The notes under the pieces were generated by a model that was not told the origin of the DNA, did not search any database, and saw only the letters and a program-made list of their open reading frames with translations. From a virus (Duplodnaviria; Caudoviricetes), in IMG/VR virus record IMGVR_UViG_3300027859_000018, positions 1-55,442 of that record: a DNA stretch of 55,442 nucleotides; one strand, given 5' to 3'. Positions 9,931 to 20,394 of the stretch are shown here, piece by piece. Within the stretch, counting starts at the first letter, position 1. The number at the start of each line of letters is the position of its first letter. The position numbers and the translations under genes were made by a program.

Positions 9931-10695
9931 ATGGAAAAAACAAAAAAAGAAAAACCTGTTGTGGCTAAAGCGCCAAAATGGGAATATAAAGATAGACAAT
10001 ATTTTTTAAAAGGCGATAAAGAGCCTGTTGTATATATACTTAAATCAAAAAACATTATGTGGTTTGATGAAGAACTTGGTTATGAAAGAGCTATAACATA
10101 TACAACAAATCAAAAAACACCTTTTGTAGATGAATTCAAAGGTGAAGCAAGATTAGAACACATTATATTTTATGATGGCGTTTTAAATGTACCTAAGGAA
10201 AAACCTGTATTACAACAAATATTATCAGTATATCATAAAGATAAAGATAATGTGTATGAAGAGTTTAATCCTGAAGCAGTTGCTAAAGATGAATTAGAAC
10301 AAATAAATGTAGAGTTTGAAGCTATGCAAGCAGCTATGTCAATGGATATAGACCAAGTTGAAGCTATAGTTAGAACAGAAAGAGGTTCTACGGTGTCTAA
10401 GATGAGCACTAAGGAGTTAAAAAGAGATTTATTCTTAATGGCTAAGGAACAACCTGAATTGTTCTTAGAATTAGCGAATGATGACAGCATTAACATAAGA
10501 AACTTAGGTATAAAAGCTGTAGAAATGGGTATATTAGGATTATCTCCTGATCAAAGAACATTTACTGCAGGTAAAAACAAAAGAAAACTATTTACTGTAC
10601 CGTTTGATGAAAACCCATATTCTGCTTTGGTGGCATGGTTTAAAACAGACGAAGGTATTGAAGTTTATAAAACAGTAGAGAAAAAACTTAAATAG
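9931..10695 (+). CDS. Structural-region protein of unknown function (likely start MEKTKK at 9931)
   Basis: The ORF-track start lies inside the hairpin; ATG 9931 has an A/T-rich leader. Confidence 0.75.
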   Translation: MEKTKKEKPVVAKAPKWEYKDRQYFLKGDKEPVVYILKSKNIMWFDEELGYERAITYTTNQKTPFVDEFKGEARLEHIIFYDGVLNVPKEKPVLQQILSVYHKDKDNVYEEFNPEAVAKDELEQINVEFEAMQAAMSMDIDQVEAIVRTERGSTVSKMSTKELKRDLFLMAKEQPELFLELANDDSINIRNLGIKAVEMGILGLSPDQRTFTAGKNKRKLFTVPFDENPYSALVAWFKTDEGIEVYKTVEKKLK

Positions 10696-10701
10696 TTTGT
10701 T

Positions 10702-10740
10702 TATAGTGGTTAGGCCGCTATAAGCGGCTTAATCATTATA
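10702..10740 (+). other. 18-bp RNA hairpin (processing/terminator candidate)
   Basis: TATAGTGGTTAGGCCGCT-ATA-AGCGGCTTAATCATTATA is fully paired as + strand RNA using three G-U pairs. Confidence 0.7.
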
Positions 10741-10752
10741 TAAATAAATATT

Positions 10753-11466
10753 ATGGCAATATCAGTTGATAAAGTATATAAAACAGTATTATCAATACTA
10801 AATAAAGAATCAAGAGGATTCTTAACGCCTGACGAATTTGAAAAAATTGGCATTCAGGTTCAACTTGATATACTAGAAAAAAACTTTCACGATTATAACC
10901 GTGCTGTTGTAAAACACCATAGAGGCATGGCTGTGAATGATTATGGTAATATACCAGAAAAAATTGAACAAAAAATAGATCCGTTTTTTAAACAAGCAGA
11001 TATTACATTAACAAATGGTATCGGAACATTACCAACAGATTTATTTAAAACAATAAATATTAGTATAACTAATAGAACTATTCAGCTAGAAAAAGTTGAA
11101 AAAAGTAAATTATCGTATTTACTATCTTCCCCTTTAACTAAACCAACAAAATCTTTTCCTGTGTATTATCAGAGAGCAACAGATATTATTGTTGAACCAG
11201 CATTATCAGACGGTAGTTGGACATTAGGTAATTTACTTATTGAATATATAAAAATACCTGATGAAATAAATTGGAACCACACTGTAAACCCTACAACAGG
11301 AGCATTAACGGCTAATGATCCTATGACAGATTTTACATTACATGAATCAGATAGAGTTGATTTAGTATTAGGTATATTAAAATATGCAGGAGTAATAATA
11401 TCTGATCCATCAGTAGTTCAAGCAGTAAGTGCAGAAGAAGGAAAACAAATACAATTAGAAAATTAA
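10753..11466 (+). CDS. Head-tail adaptor / tail ring protein
   Basis: 237 aa; position; helical N-terminus and LPTD...YIKIP pattern seen in podovirus ring proteins. Confidence 0.6.
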   Translation: MAISVDKVYKTVLSILNKESRGFLTPDEFEKIGIQVQLDILEKNFHDYNRAVVKHHRGMAVNDYGNIPEKIEQKIDPFFKQADITLTNGIGTLPTDLFKTINISITNRTIQLEKVEKSKLSYLLSSPLTKPTKSFPVYYQRATDIIVEPALSDGSWTLGNLLIEYIKIPDEINWNHTVNPTTGALTANDPMTDFTLHESDRVDLVLGILKYAGVIISDPSVVQAVSAEEGKQIQLEN

Positions 11467-11471
11467 TATAA

Positions 11472-12569
11472 ATGGGACTTATAACACAAACACATTTTCA
11501 GTACTATAATAATAGTCAACAGTTTATAGCTACATCAAATCAAACAGCTTTTACTGTAAATTTTGATCCTCTGCCTACAGCAGAATCTGAATTTATTGTG
11601 TTAGTTAATGGGCAAGAAGTTGATGATAATCTATATACATATAGTAGCCCAACTGTAACATTTAGTAGCGGAAGAACAGCAGGTGATGTTGTTTTAGTAA
11701 CTCTTACAAAAAGAAAACACGGTAATTATAGGTATATATCTTTGATTGATATAATTAATAACTATATGATGATATATGTTGGAGATGGAAAGTTAATACC
11801 TACATGTAAAAGAACAGAAGTATTATTTCACGCTAAAAGAGGAATACAAGAATTTGCTTATGATATATCAAGAATTGAAAAAATACAAGAAATTGAAGTA
11901 AATCCTTCTTTAAGTGTGCCAATGCCACAAGACTATGTTCACTATGTTAGATTATCTAGCATAGACGCGGCAGGTGTAGAGCACATTATATATCCTGCTA
12001 AATATACATCAGTTCCTTCTCAATCAATATTACAAGATGATGATTATAATTATCTTTATGATGACGATAACACATTATTAACGGGATTTCCTGTAACACA
12101 AGATAAATTTAATTCATTTGATCACACTAATTTGTCAGGCGACTTAGCTGATCAAAACCTTAATTATAATGCAGATAGATCTGCTGAAAGAATATTTAAT
12201 TATGGTGAAAGATTCGGCTTAGATCCTGAGCTATCACAAAAAAATGGAGTATTTATTGTTGATGAATTAAATGGTAAATTTACATTTAGCAGCGAGTTAT
12301 CTGGTAAACTTATTACTATAAAATATATATCTGATGGCTTAGGAACAGATGATGAAATGAAAGTTCATAAGTATGCAGAAGACGCAATATATAAATATAT
12401 AACTTATGCTTTAGCAAGCGGAAGAGCAAACTTTCCTGAATATATTATAAATAGATTTAGAAAAGAAAGAAGAGCGGCTATGAGAAATGCTAAAATAAGA
12501 TTGTCTAGTTACAAAATAGGTGAGCTAGAACAAGTTATGAGAGGCAAGTCTAAACGAATTAAAAATTAA
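11472..12569 (+). CDS. Second tail ring / structural protein with N-terminal beta-sandwich
   Basis: MPQDYVHYVRL and IKYISDG motifs of ring-type proteins; N-terminal VLVNGQEV...YTY domain. Confidence 0.55.
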   Translation: MGLITQTHFQYYNNSQQFIATSNQTAFTVNFDPLPTAESEFIVLVNGQEVDDNLYTYSSPTVTFSSGRTAGDVVLVTLTKRKHGNYRYISLIDIINNYMMIYVGDGKLIPTCKRTEVLFHAKRGIQEFAYDISRIEKIQEIEVNPSLSVPMPQDYVHYVRLSSIDAAGVEHIIYPAKYTSVPSQSILQDDDYNYLYDDDNTLLTGFPVTQDKFNSFDHTNLSGDLADQNLNYNADRSAERIFNYGERFGLDPELSQKNGVFIVDELNGKFTFSSELSGKLITIKYISDGLGTDDEMKVHKYAEDAIYKYITYALASGRANFPEYIINRFRKERRAAMRNAKIRLSSYKIGELEQVMRGKSKRIKN

Positions 12570-12572
12570 TAA

Positions 12573-15500
12573 ATGCCAGAAATAAAAAGTAGTTTTCTTC
12601 AAGGTAAAATGAATAAAGACCTTGATGATAGAATATTACCTAAAGGACAATATAGAGACGCAGAAAATATTAAAATAGCAAAGTCTGATAGTAGCAATGT
12701 TGGAGCAGCTCAAAATATTAAAGGCAACACTATACAATATACTACTTCTTTAGGCTTACCAACAAGCGCAATTGTAAATTTAAACGATGAAGTATTTCCG
12801 CTATGGGACACTATAGGGTATTATGCAAATTCACAAACAGGTGATGTATTTTGGTTTGTTACTTCATTTGCTGGCCCAGCTAGTGATAATGTTTTAGATC
12901 ATAAAGCTGCTACAGATGTTGTTGTGGGAACTAATGATGTAACTCATGATGATGATACAACAGGGCATAGATTAGTTGAAATAGCTAATGCTTCAAATCA
13001 TGATATACAAGTTGGTATGCAAGTAACTGGAACAGGTGTTGCATCAAATAGTTATGTACAATCAATATCTACAACTAGTAATGTATCAACAATAAGATTA
13101 AATAAAGCTCAATCTGCACAAACAGTATTAGATGGTGTTGCATTAACCTTTTCTCACACTTGTAGAATATATAAAATAAACACTATAGAAGGCACCAGTC
13201 CTACTGCAATTATTGATAATAAAAAATTAAACTTTTCTAAAAATCATCATATACATCATGTTAATCAGTTAAGTAATTTATTATTTTGGACTGATAATTA
13301 TAATCAGCCTAGAAGAATAAATATTGAAACAACATCATATCCTGATGATGATTTCTTTGAAGATAGAATTAGTGTAGCTCAGGTAGCACCGTATGCAGCG
13401 CCGAAAGTAAGAATGACAAAAGTATCTGCATCTACAGTTCCTAGCTTACACATAAGAGATAAGTTTGTTAAATTTGGTTATAGATATGTATATGCTAATA
13501 ATGAAGTTTCTTTAATATCACCTTTTACACAAACATGTTTTTTACCTGGAAAAAATAAAAATATAAATAACGGTAGCTTTAAAGACGGAGACGCGGGTAT
13601 TCTTAGCTTAACCGAGCGTGCACAAGTTCAAAAAACTACAGTAGTTGATATGATGCAGAATATGGTAAACAGAGTTCGTTTATTTATAGATTTACCAACT
13701 GATCAATCAAAAGATAATGTAGCTTCAGCTGATGCTGGTAATACCGGTACTGTAGCGGTAGATGCTCATTTAGTTGGCGCTGCACAATCAAATCAAACTA
13801 TAAATTCTATATCTGCGCCATCAGGTAGTGCGGCAGGCGTAATTGATAACACAACAACACTGCTTACTGAAAGAGGTGATAAATATACTGTTCATTCTAT
13901 AACTGAAAACAGTAACTTAGCATTAGATTCAACCATTAAATTTAATGAAGAAATACCTGCTGAACATGCAATACTTCATGGTGAAAAACTATACTTTTTT
14001 AAAAGCATTTCTAATTATACAAATCCATTAAATATAAAAAGAGTTGAAATAGTATATGCAGAATCAAACAGCCCAGCTGTTAAAGTTGTAGAAACTATAA
14101 AAATACCTACAGGAACAGCTTCTTTAAATGCAATAATAAAACATAGAGTTGATCCAGGAACAGATACAAAAGGTAAATTAAGATATGGTATAGAATATGT
14201 ATATGACTCATCAAAGCCTATTAAAACATTACCAGAACAAGATATAACAAGAGTTTCAGATATAGTTCCTTTAAAAGCAAAAGCGCAAGAAGTTTCTGGT
14301 AATAGAATTATATATGGTAATTTTAAAATAAATAGACCTATAACAAATCTTGTAAATAACAAAGATGAAATTAGTGTAACTAATAGAGATCAAACCAGGT
14401 ATAATACACAATATTTATTACATTCTGTCAAACAAGCTAGAGAATATTCTGCAGGATTAGTATTGTCTGATAAATACGGAAGACAATCTACAGTGTTTTT
14501 ACCTACATCAAATACAACTTTTGTAACACCTAAAGGTGGAACAGCTATAACACCATTTACAGGCGGTGCATATAATAATGCTAACAGGTGGAACGGAACA
14601 GCTTTAAATATAGATTTTGGCGCTACAATTACTGATGTGTATGACTCGGCTACTAATCCTTATGGTTGGTATTCATATAAAGTTGTTGTAAAACAAGCTC
14701 AACAAGAATATGACAATGTTTATGTTCCGTCTTTAATAGATGATTTTCCAACAAGCGATAAAAGTTCATGGGTTACTTTATTTGGAGATAATGTTAACAA
14801 AGTGCCTAGAGATATATTAGACGATAGTTTAGATAATACTATTGCAAGTTCTAAAACAAAATTATTACCTAAAATATTAAATGTTGATGCTACTGGTATT
14901 GCAACTGGTTTATTAGGCAATGGTCATAAACAACAAAATACAACTGATTTTGTTGAAATAATTGCAATAGGAGAGGCTCAGCAGTTTGGTACAGGTACTG
15001 GAACAGTTGCAGAAAACAGTGCGCTTGTTAATAAAGATAGAAACCCTATAGTTGCAGAATTACCAGACGGTTTTGGTGGCGGATCAGGACCTAGCACGTC
15101 TAAATTATGTGTATTAGAAACTGACCCTTTTATTTCTGCTTTAGATATATACTTTGAAACATCTACAGCAGGATTAATAAGTGATTTAAATGAAAACATA
15201 CAAGCTTCATTAGGTTCAACACCTAATAATATAAGTTTAACCGCAAATACATTTGCTGAAAATATTGCAGCAAATACTAATATAGCAACATTAGGTTATA
15301 CAGATACAAATAATAATTCACCATCAGGCGAAACATACACATTAGAATCTGTAGAAGACGGAGGTAACGTTGATAGAATTAATGAATTTCAATTAGTTGG
15401 AGATGTATTAAAAACAGCGTCAGGTTCTGCTCACGTAGGCCATGAGTTTAGGAATAGACCAGAAGACACGTTTACGTTTGAATTTAAAGTAACTGACAGT

Positions 15501-16130
15501 GGGGGAAATTCTATTACACAATTTAAAACTATAACATTAACAAATGTTGCGCCAACAATAATACCAACTACAATAAACGTAGATGTTCCAGATAATACAA
15601 CAACTGGTAATTTAATAACAACATTTACAGGTAGCAATGGTTGCGGTAAAACAGGTTCAGCATTACAAAACGGACTATCATTTAGTATAGTAAGCGGTAA
15701 TGGCCAAGGCGATTTTGGTATTACTAGTAGTACAGGTGAAGTTCATGCAACAGAAGATAGTTGGACAGCTGGGGCAACATACTCATTAGGTATTAGAGTT
15801 ACGGACGCGGGTGGATTATCGGCAGATGCAACTTTAAATATTACAATTACAGCTTCTACTGTAACAAGATTTTACAGATCACCTGGTAATACATCTCAGT
15901 CCGGCGCATGTAGTGATGCAGCACAACAACAAGCTTATCACGATGGTTTAGGAGATTTACCAAGTAACGGTGATAAAGTATATACTAATAATACAGGTAC
16001 AACATTATTTAACGGACAAAACGCATATTATGTTGCAAGTACAGATCCTGCAATGGCTGGCGAAGCTGGGTATAATATAAGAATTAATTCAAGCGGTGTA
16101 GTAAGTAATCCTACATTGTGTTCCGAATAA
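12573..16130 (+). CDS. Tail nozzle/stabilisation protein (N-part) with C-terminal cadherin-like domains
   Basis: GKMNKDLDDR...YRDAEN N-terminus, LFWTDNYNQPRRIN, RIIYGNF; cadherin-like NVAPT...FSIVSGN...F-x-I...TG-x-V...VTD-x-GGLS near the end. Confidence 0.7.
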   Translation: MPEIKSSFLQGKMNKDLDDRILPKGQYRDAENIKIAKSDSSNVGAAQNIKGNTIQYTTSLGLPTSAIVNLNDEVFPLWDTIGYYANSQTGDVFWFVTSFAGPASDNVLDHKAATDVVVGTNDVTHDDDTTGHRLVEIANASNHDIQVGMQVTGTGVASNSYVQSISTTSNVSTIRLNKAQSAQTVLDGVALTFSHTCRIYKINTIEGTSPTAIIDNKKLNFSKNHHIHHVNQLSNLLFWTDNYNQPRRINIETTSYPDDDFFEDRISVAQVAPYAAPKVRMTKVSASTVPSLHIRDKFVKFGYRYVYANNEVSLISPFTQTCFLPGKNKNINNGSFKDGDAGILSLTERAQVQKTTVVDMMQNMVNRVRLFIDLPTDQSKDNVASADAGNTGTVAVDAHLVGAAQSNQTINSISAPSGSAAGVIDNTTTLLTERGDKYTVHSITENSNLALDSTIKFNEEIPAEHAILHGEKLYFFKSISNYTNPLNIKRVEIVYAESNSPAVKVVETIKIPTGTASLNAIIKHRVDPGTDTKGKLRYGIEYVYDSSKPIKTLPEQDITRVSDIVPLKAKAQEVSGNRIIYGNFKINRPITNLVNNKDEISVTNRDQTRYNTQYLLHSVKQAREYSAGLVLSDKYGRQSTVFLPTSNTTFVTPKGGTAITPFTGGAYNNANRWNGTALNIDFGATITDVYDSATNPYGWYSYKVVVKQAQQEYDNVYVPSLIDDFPTSDKSSWVTLFGDNVNKVPRDILDDSLDNTIASSKTKLLPKILNVDATGIATGLLGNGHKQQNTTDFVEIIAIGEAQQFGTGTGTVAENSALVNKDRNPIVAELPDGFGGGSGPSTSKLCVLETDPFISALDIYFETSTAGLISDLNENIQASLGSTPNNISLTANTFAENIAANTNIATLGYTDTNNNSPSGETYTLESVEDGGNVDRINEFQLVGDVLKTASGSAHVGHEFRNRPEDTFTFEFKVTDSGGNSITQFKTITLTNVAPTIIPTTINVDVPDNTTTGNLITTFTGSNGCGKTGSALQNGLSFSIVSGNGQGDFGITSSTGEVHATEDSWTAGATYSLGIRVTDAGGLSADATLNITITASTVTRFYRSPGNTSQSGACSDAAQQQAYHDGLGDLPSNGDKVYTNNTGTTLFNGQNAYYVASTDPAMAGEAGYNIRINSSGVVSNPTLCSE

Positions 16131-16135
16131 AACAC

Positions 16136-16147
16136 GTAATAATAAAA
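16136..16147 (+). promoter_or_regulatory. Putative late promoter box
   Basis: GTAATAATAAAA immediately before ATG 16149. Confidence 0.45.
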
Positions 16148-16148
16148 T

Positions 16149-17393
16149 ATGGCAGATTATTCTTTAAAAGTAGATTTTTTTAACACTTTTATACTTAGAT
16201 TTGAAGATGAAAATGAATTATTTGTTGAAGAATCAAGAATAAAAGGAGGGTTTAATGAACCTTTTGTTAGCAATGGGCCAAAAGCACATTTAGTTGATGA
16301 AAACTATGCTGAAAACAGAAGAGAAAACGCTTTAATATATTCTGGTATATATAATTCACGAACAGATGTAAATCAAACAAATGTATTTAATGCTGCAGAA
16401 AAAATAACAAGAGCTATTGATCCACAAAATGGAAGTATACAAAAGCTACATGCTGAAGACACTAATTTAAATATATTTCAAGAAGATAAAGTAAGCTATG
16501 CCCTTATAGATAAAGATGCAATATTTACAGCTGAAGGTGGAAGATTAACAGCTTCAGGTGCGCAAGTTATTGGCCAAATAGTTCCTTATAGCGGGAAATA
16601 TGGTATAAGTAAAAACCCCGAAAGTTTTGCTTTTAAAGGTAATAGAAAATATTTTGCAGATAAAAATAGAGGGGCAATATTAAGGCTATCAAGAGATGGT
16701 ATTACAGAAATATCTGCAGCTGGTATGCGTGATTATTTTAAAGATAATTTAAAACTAGCTAGCAAAGTTGTAGGTTCTTATGATGATAGCTGTGATCAAT
16801 ATTCAATATCTTTGCAGGGTGACAGTTTGTCAGGGGGGTATGACACATTGACATTTGATGAAATGTCAAAAGGTTGGCCAAGCTTCTATTCATATAAGCC
16901 AGATTTTGGATTTAGTATGAATAAAGAGTATTATACATTAAATAATAATGATATATGGAAACATTATAGCAATACTGCATATAATAGTTTTTATGGAGTA
17001 CCATATAGCTCAACTATTAAATTTTTAGCAAACGATAATCCTTCTTTAGTTAAAAACTTTTTAGCTATAAATTATGAAGGCGATGCTAATTGGAAAATGA
17101 AATCAGCCACAACTGATTTAAACATGGAAGCTTTTAGAGTATATGGTAATAATGATAATACAGATGTTGCAGGAGTTAGCCTAACAGGAGATATACTGCC
17201 TAAATTTATTAAAAAAGAAAACAAATATTATGCACAACTAATGAATAAAAATCCAGGTACTGGTGAAGGGCAAGTTATAGGCGTTGCAATATCAGGTATA
17301 ACAGGATTTTTTAGCACAGTTGAAATGACAAATGGTTCTGATTTAGAAATAGAATTATTTAATGTATCGCATACTATTGCAAAATCAAGTTAA
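16149..17393 (+). CDS. Tail nozzle/stabilisation protein (C-part, beta-rich)
   Basis: GSIQKL, YGISKNPESFA, YF-x-D-x-x-RG-x-x-LRLS-x-DG-x-TEIS motifs typical of the C-terminal half of such proteins. Confidence 0.65.
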   Translation: MADYSLKVDFFNTFILRFEDENELFVEESRIKGGFNEPFVSNGPKAHLVDENYAENRRENALIYSGIYNSRTDVNQTNVFNAAEKITRAIDPQNGSIQKLHAEDTNLNIFQEDKVSYALIDKDAIFTAEGGRLTASGAQVIGQIVPYSGKYGISKNPESFAFKGNRKYFADKNRGAILRLSRDGITEISAAGMRDYFKDNLKLASKVVGSYDDSCDQYSISLQGDSLSGGYDTLTFDEMSKGWPSFYSYKPDFGFSMNKEYYTLNNNDIWKHYSNTAYNSFYGVPYSSTIKFLANDNPSLVKNFLAINYEGDANWKMKSATTDLNMEAFRVYGNNDNTDVAGVSLTGDILPKFIKKENKYYAQLMNKNPGTGEGQVIGVAISGITGFFSTVEMTNGSDLEIELFNVSHTIAKSS

Positions 17394-17394
17394 A

Positions 17395-17793
17395 ATGGAA
17401 TTTAATATACGCAGACTCGATAAAGAGTTAGATTATGAAATGCTATCACAATGGTGGAAAGCATGGAAATGGCCTCCGGTAGCAAAAGATTTTTTGCCAG
17501 ACACGGGGTTTATAGTTGAAAAAAACGATATAAGTATAGTTGCTGGATTTGTTTATATGACGAATTCTAAGGCAGCTTTATTTGAATGGGTTATATCTAA
17601 CCCAGAATATAGAGAAAGTGACAGAAAAGACGCGATAGAGCTGTTAATTCAAGCCGTAGAGCGCGTTTTAAAAGACCAAGGAATAAAATACGTATTTTCA
17701 ATAGGTAGAACTAGAAGTTTAATAGAAACACATAAAAAATTAGGATGGAATGTTGATGAAAAACCATCACACGAATTAGTAAAAAATTTATAA
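17395..17793 (+). CDS. GNAT-fold protein (T7 gp13-like position; likely start MEFNIR)
   Basis: GFIVE...VAGFVY...EWVISNPEYR...KKLGW acetyltransferase-like pattern. Confidence 0.6.
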   Translation: MEFNIRRLDKELDYEMLSQWWKAWKWPPVAKDFLPDTGFIVEKNDISIVAGFVYMTNSKAALFEWVISNPEYRESDRKDAIELLIQAVERVLKDQGIKYVFSIGRTRSLIETHKKLGWNVDEKPSHELVKNL

Positions 17794-17796
17794 AAT

Positions 17797-18456
17797 ATGG
17801 CAATAGCAACAGCAACAGCAATTATAGGCGGTATAGGTTTAGCTGCACAAGGAATTGGCGCAATTAGTGCAGGCAAAAGAAGAAGAGATGCTAGAGACGC
17901 AGCTACTAGAGCCCAAAATAGAGTAGCTGCAGAAGAAAGAAAAAGGCAAACAATTACAAACCCTTTTGCTGGTGTACAAGATTTGTCAGGTATGATTAAT
18001 AATCCATTTTCTAATTTACAGGTTTCTACCCAAGCCGCAGAAATGCAAGCAGATGAGGCTGATGTATCTTTAGCTAATACATTAGATACATTAAGAGCAA
18101 CAGGAGCTGGATCTGCAGGTGCAACAGCTTTAGCGCAAGCAGCTTTAAGAAGTAAACAGGGTGTATCTGCAACAATAGGACAACAAGAAGCAGCTAATTC
18201 AAGATTAAGAGCACAAGGCGAACAAAGAGCCCAACAAATGAGAATGGCTGAAGCGCAAAGATTACAACAAGCTGACGTACAAGGGCGACAATTTATGTTC
18301 CAAACAAGAGAAAATAGAGAAATGCAAAAGCTAAATAGATTAGCTGGTTTAGCTACACAAGCACAAGTTAATGCGCAATCAGCTGCAGCACAAGAAACCG
18401 CAGCATTTGGTGCTTTAGGGGGAAGTTTAATGGGCTTAGCCGGCGAATTAGCATAA
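17797..18456 (+). CDS. Internal virion (ejection) protein, Ala/Gln/Gly-rich
   Basis: Hydrophobic Gly/Ala termini and coiled-coil core; T7 gp14-like position. Confidence 0.65.
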   Translation: MAIATATAIIGGIGLAAQGIGAISAGKRRRDARDAATRAQNRVAAEERKRQTITNPFAGVQDLSGMINNPFSNLQVSTQAAEMQADEADVSLANTLDTLRATGAGSAGATALAQAALRSKQGVSATIGQQEAANSRLRAQGEQRAQQMRMAEAQRLQQADVQGRQFMFQTRENREMQKLNRLAGLATQAQVNAQSAAAQETAAFGALGGSLMGLAGELA

Positions 18457-18469
18457 TAATAAAATAACT

Positions 18470-20392
18470 ATGGGAGCATACGATAATCCAAAAATAATAC
18501 AACCACCTAACTATGTAGAGATATTTATGAAGAGCTTTGCTACCAGCCAAGCTTTAGTTAAAAGTGGATTTTCAGAAAAAAGAAAAAAAGAAAAAGAAAA
18601 AGAAGGGAAACTAGATAAAGCATATGATGATACTTCAAAATTTAGACGACTAGGAGGATCTATAAATGCTGGTGATTTAACAGTTAATGTTAGAAGACAA
18701 GCAAATGAATTAGCAGATGGCTTCAACGCTAATGAGCTTGCTTATATAGATGAAAAAATTGATAGAGCTACTTATAATGCTAATAAAGATAATTACTATG
18801 GTAAATTACAATCTATGGTTGATATTGGAGGTGAATTAAGTAAAATTGATATTGAAAAAATAGATGTTAGCCGCTATCAACCTGATGGAGGTAAAACATT
18901 AGGACTAGTTGAGGCTTGGAATAATCAAGCTATTGATGTAGATTTTAATGGTGAAGTGCCTATTTTATTTTATTCAGACCCTCAGGATAACAGGGTTAAT
19001 GTAACATTAGGTGCACTAAAAGATTTAAAGCCAGATGATCTTGGTATAAATACAGTTTTTAAAATTGAAAAAGAAGATAAAAAAGCTTTTGTAGACACTA
19101 CATCACATGTTGATATAAAAGGTAATTTTAATGGCGCTACATACACTTTACCTGATGGTGAAGGTAGAACAGTGCAAATAAAAGCATATGAACAAGGTAA
19201 TTATGCAAATGCGGACGAAGTTAGAGCAGCAAATAGAGTATATGAAGAAAACGCATTAAATGGAGTAAAAATTAACGTAAATCAATTTTATGAAGGACTT
19301 GATAATGATCAAAAAGGTTCATTATTTTCAGATTTAGCATGGGCAAGTTTTACTGAAGGTAAATCAACGGGTAATAAATTTAGACCCGGAATGAAAGAAA
19401 GATTTGATGAATTATTAAATAACCCTGACTTAGGCTTAAGTGATGAAGATAAAAAATATATAGAAAAACAAATTTTAGAAGGAACATATAGTGGCTCAGA
19501 TGAACAAATATCTGGTATGGATGTACTTTCTCAAAATGTGTTATCTAATCAAGCATTTGATAATAACTTTGTAAAAGTGCCACAAGAAGGTGTTAAACAG
19601 CTAAGTCAAGATGAAATGGATAGACAAAGAATACGAGATGAAGCAGCTGAAACAAGTTTAAAAATAAATAAAGAAAAATTAGAGGATGAAGGCGACGGCG
19701 AAGCAACGGATCTTCTTGATTATTTTTCACAAGATACAGGTTCATTAGGATTTGGTAGTAAAGATACAAAAGCTAAAAATGCTACTAGAGTTGTAAATAG
19801 TATGGTAAACAATGGCTTCTTTAATGCTAATGGTAACTTTAAAACTACAGGTGAAATTATTAGAACTATAAGAGAAACTCAAGACCAATCTGTTTTTGGA
19901 TATGATGTTACTGATGAACGACAATTTAAAAACTTTAGAACAGCAGGTGAAATTAATGATATAATACCTGTAATGAAAAAAGCTGTTGAAAGCACAAAAG
20001 GTGGAGAGCCATTAACTGATCAGGATATGTCAGCTTTAAATGATTTTGGTTTTAGTCAAACTGATTTTAATAATATTCAGTCTAGAAAAAATATGGCTAA
20101 ATTTGTAAAACATTTTGAAAAATTTGGAATTGATGGAACAAACGCTCTATTTAATAAGCCTGATGTAAATTCATATTTTGAATTTGATGAAGCAAATAGA
20201 GGAGGATTTACAACTAATAACACTCCTGGAAAAGATGATTATTATAAAGATGGCGGAAATGCATCAACTACAGCTATTTTACAAGCTTTACCACTTACAA
20301 TTACCAGCAATTTATCAAGAGAAACAGTTGGTGAAATAGTTAAAGAAGCTTATAGTAAAACAGGTTTATACAAATATTTAAAATTTAATTAA
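18470..20392 (+). CDS. Internal virion (ejection) protein
   Basis: 640 aa between the small and giant ejection-type genes. Confidence 0.55.
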   Translation: MGAYDNPKIIQPPNYVEIFMKSFATSQALVKSGFSEKRKKEKEKEGKLDKAYDDTSKFRRLGGSINAGDLTVNVRRQANELADGFNANELAYIDEKIDRATYNANKDNYYGKLQSMVDIGGELSKIDIEKIDVSRYQPDGGKTLGLVEAWNNQAIDVDFNGEVPILFYSDPQDNRVNVTLGALKDLKPDDLGINTVFKIEKEDKKAFVDTTSHVDIKGNFNGATYTLPDGEGRTVQIKAYEQGNYANADEVRAANRVYEENALNGVKINVNQFYEGLDNDQKGSLFSDLAWASFTEGKSTGNKFRPGMKERFDELLNNPDLGLSDEDKKYIEKQILEGTYSGSDEQISGMDVLSQNVLSNQAFDNNFVKVPQEGVKQLSQDEMDRQRIRDEAAETSLKINKEKLEDEGDGEATDLLDYFSQDTGSLGFGSKDTKAKNATRVVNSMVNNGFFNANGNFKTTGEIIRTIRETQDQSVFGYDVTDERQFKNFRTAGEINDIIPVMKKAVESTKGGEPLTDQDMSALNDFGFSQTDFNNIQSRKNMAKFVKHFEKFGIDGTNALFNKPDVNSYFEFDEANRGGFTTNNTPGKDDYYKDGGNASTTAILQALPLTITSNLSRETVGEIVKEAYSKTGLYKYLKFN

Positions 20393-20394
20393 TA

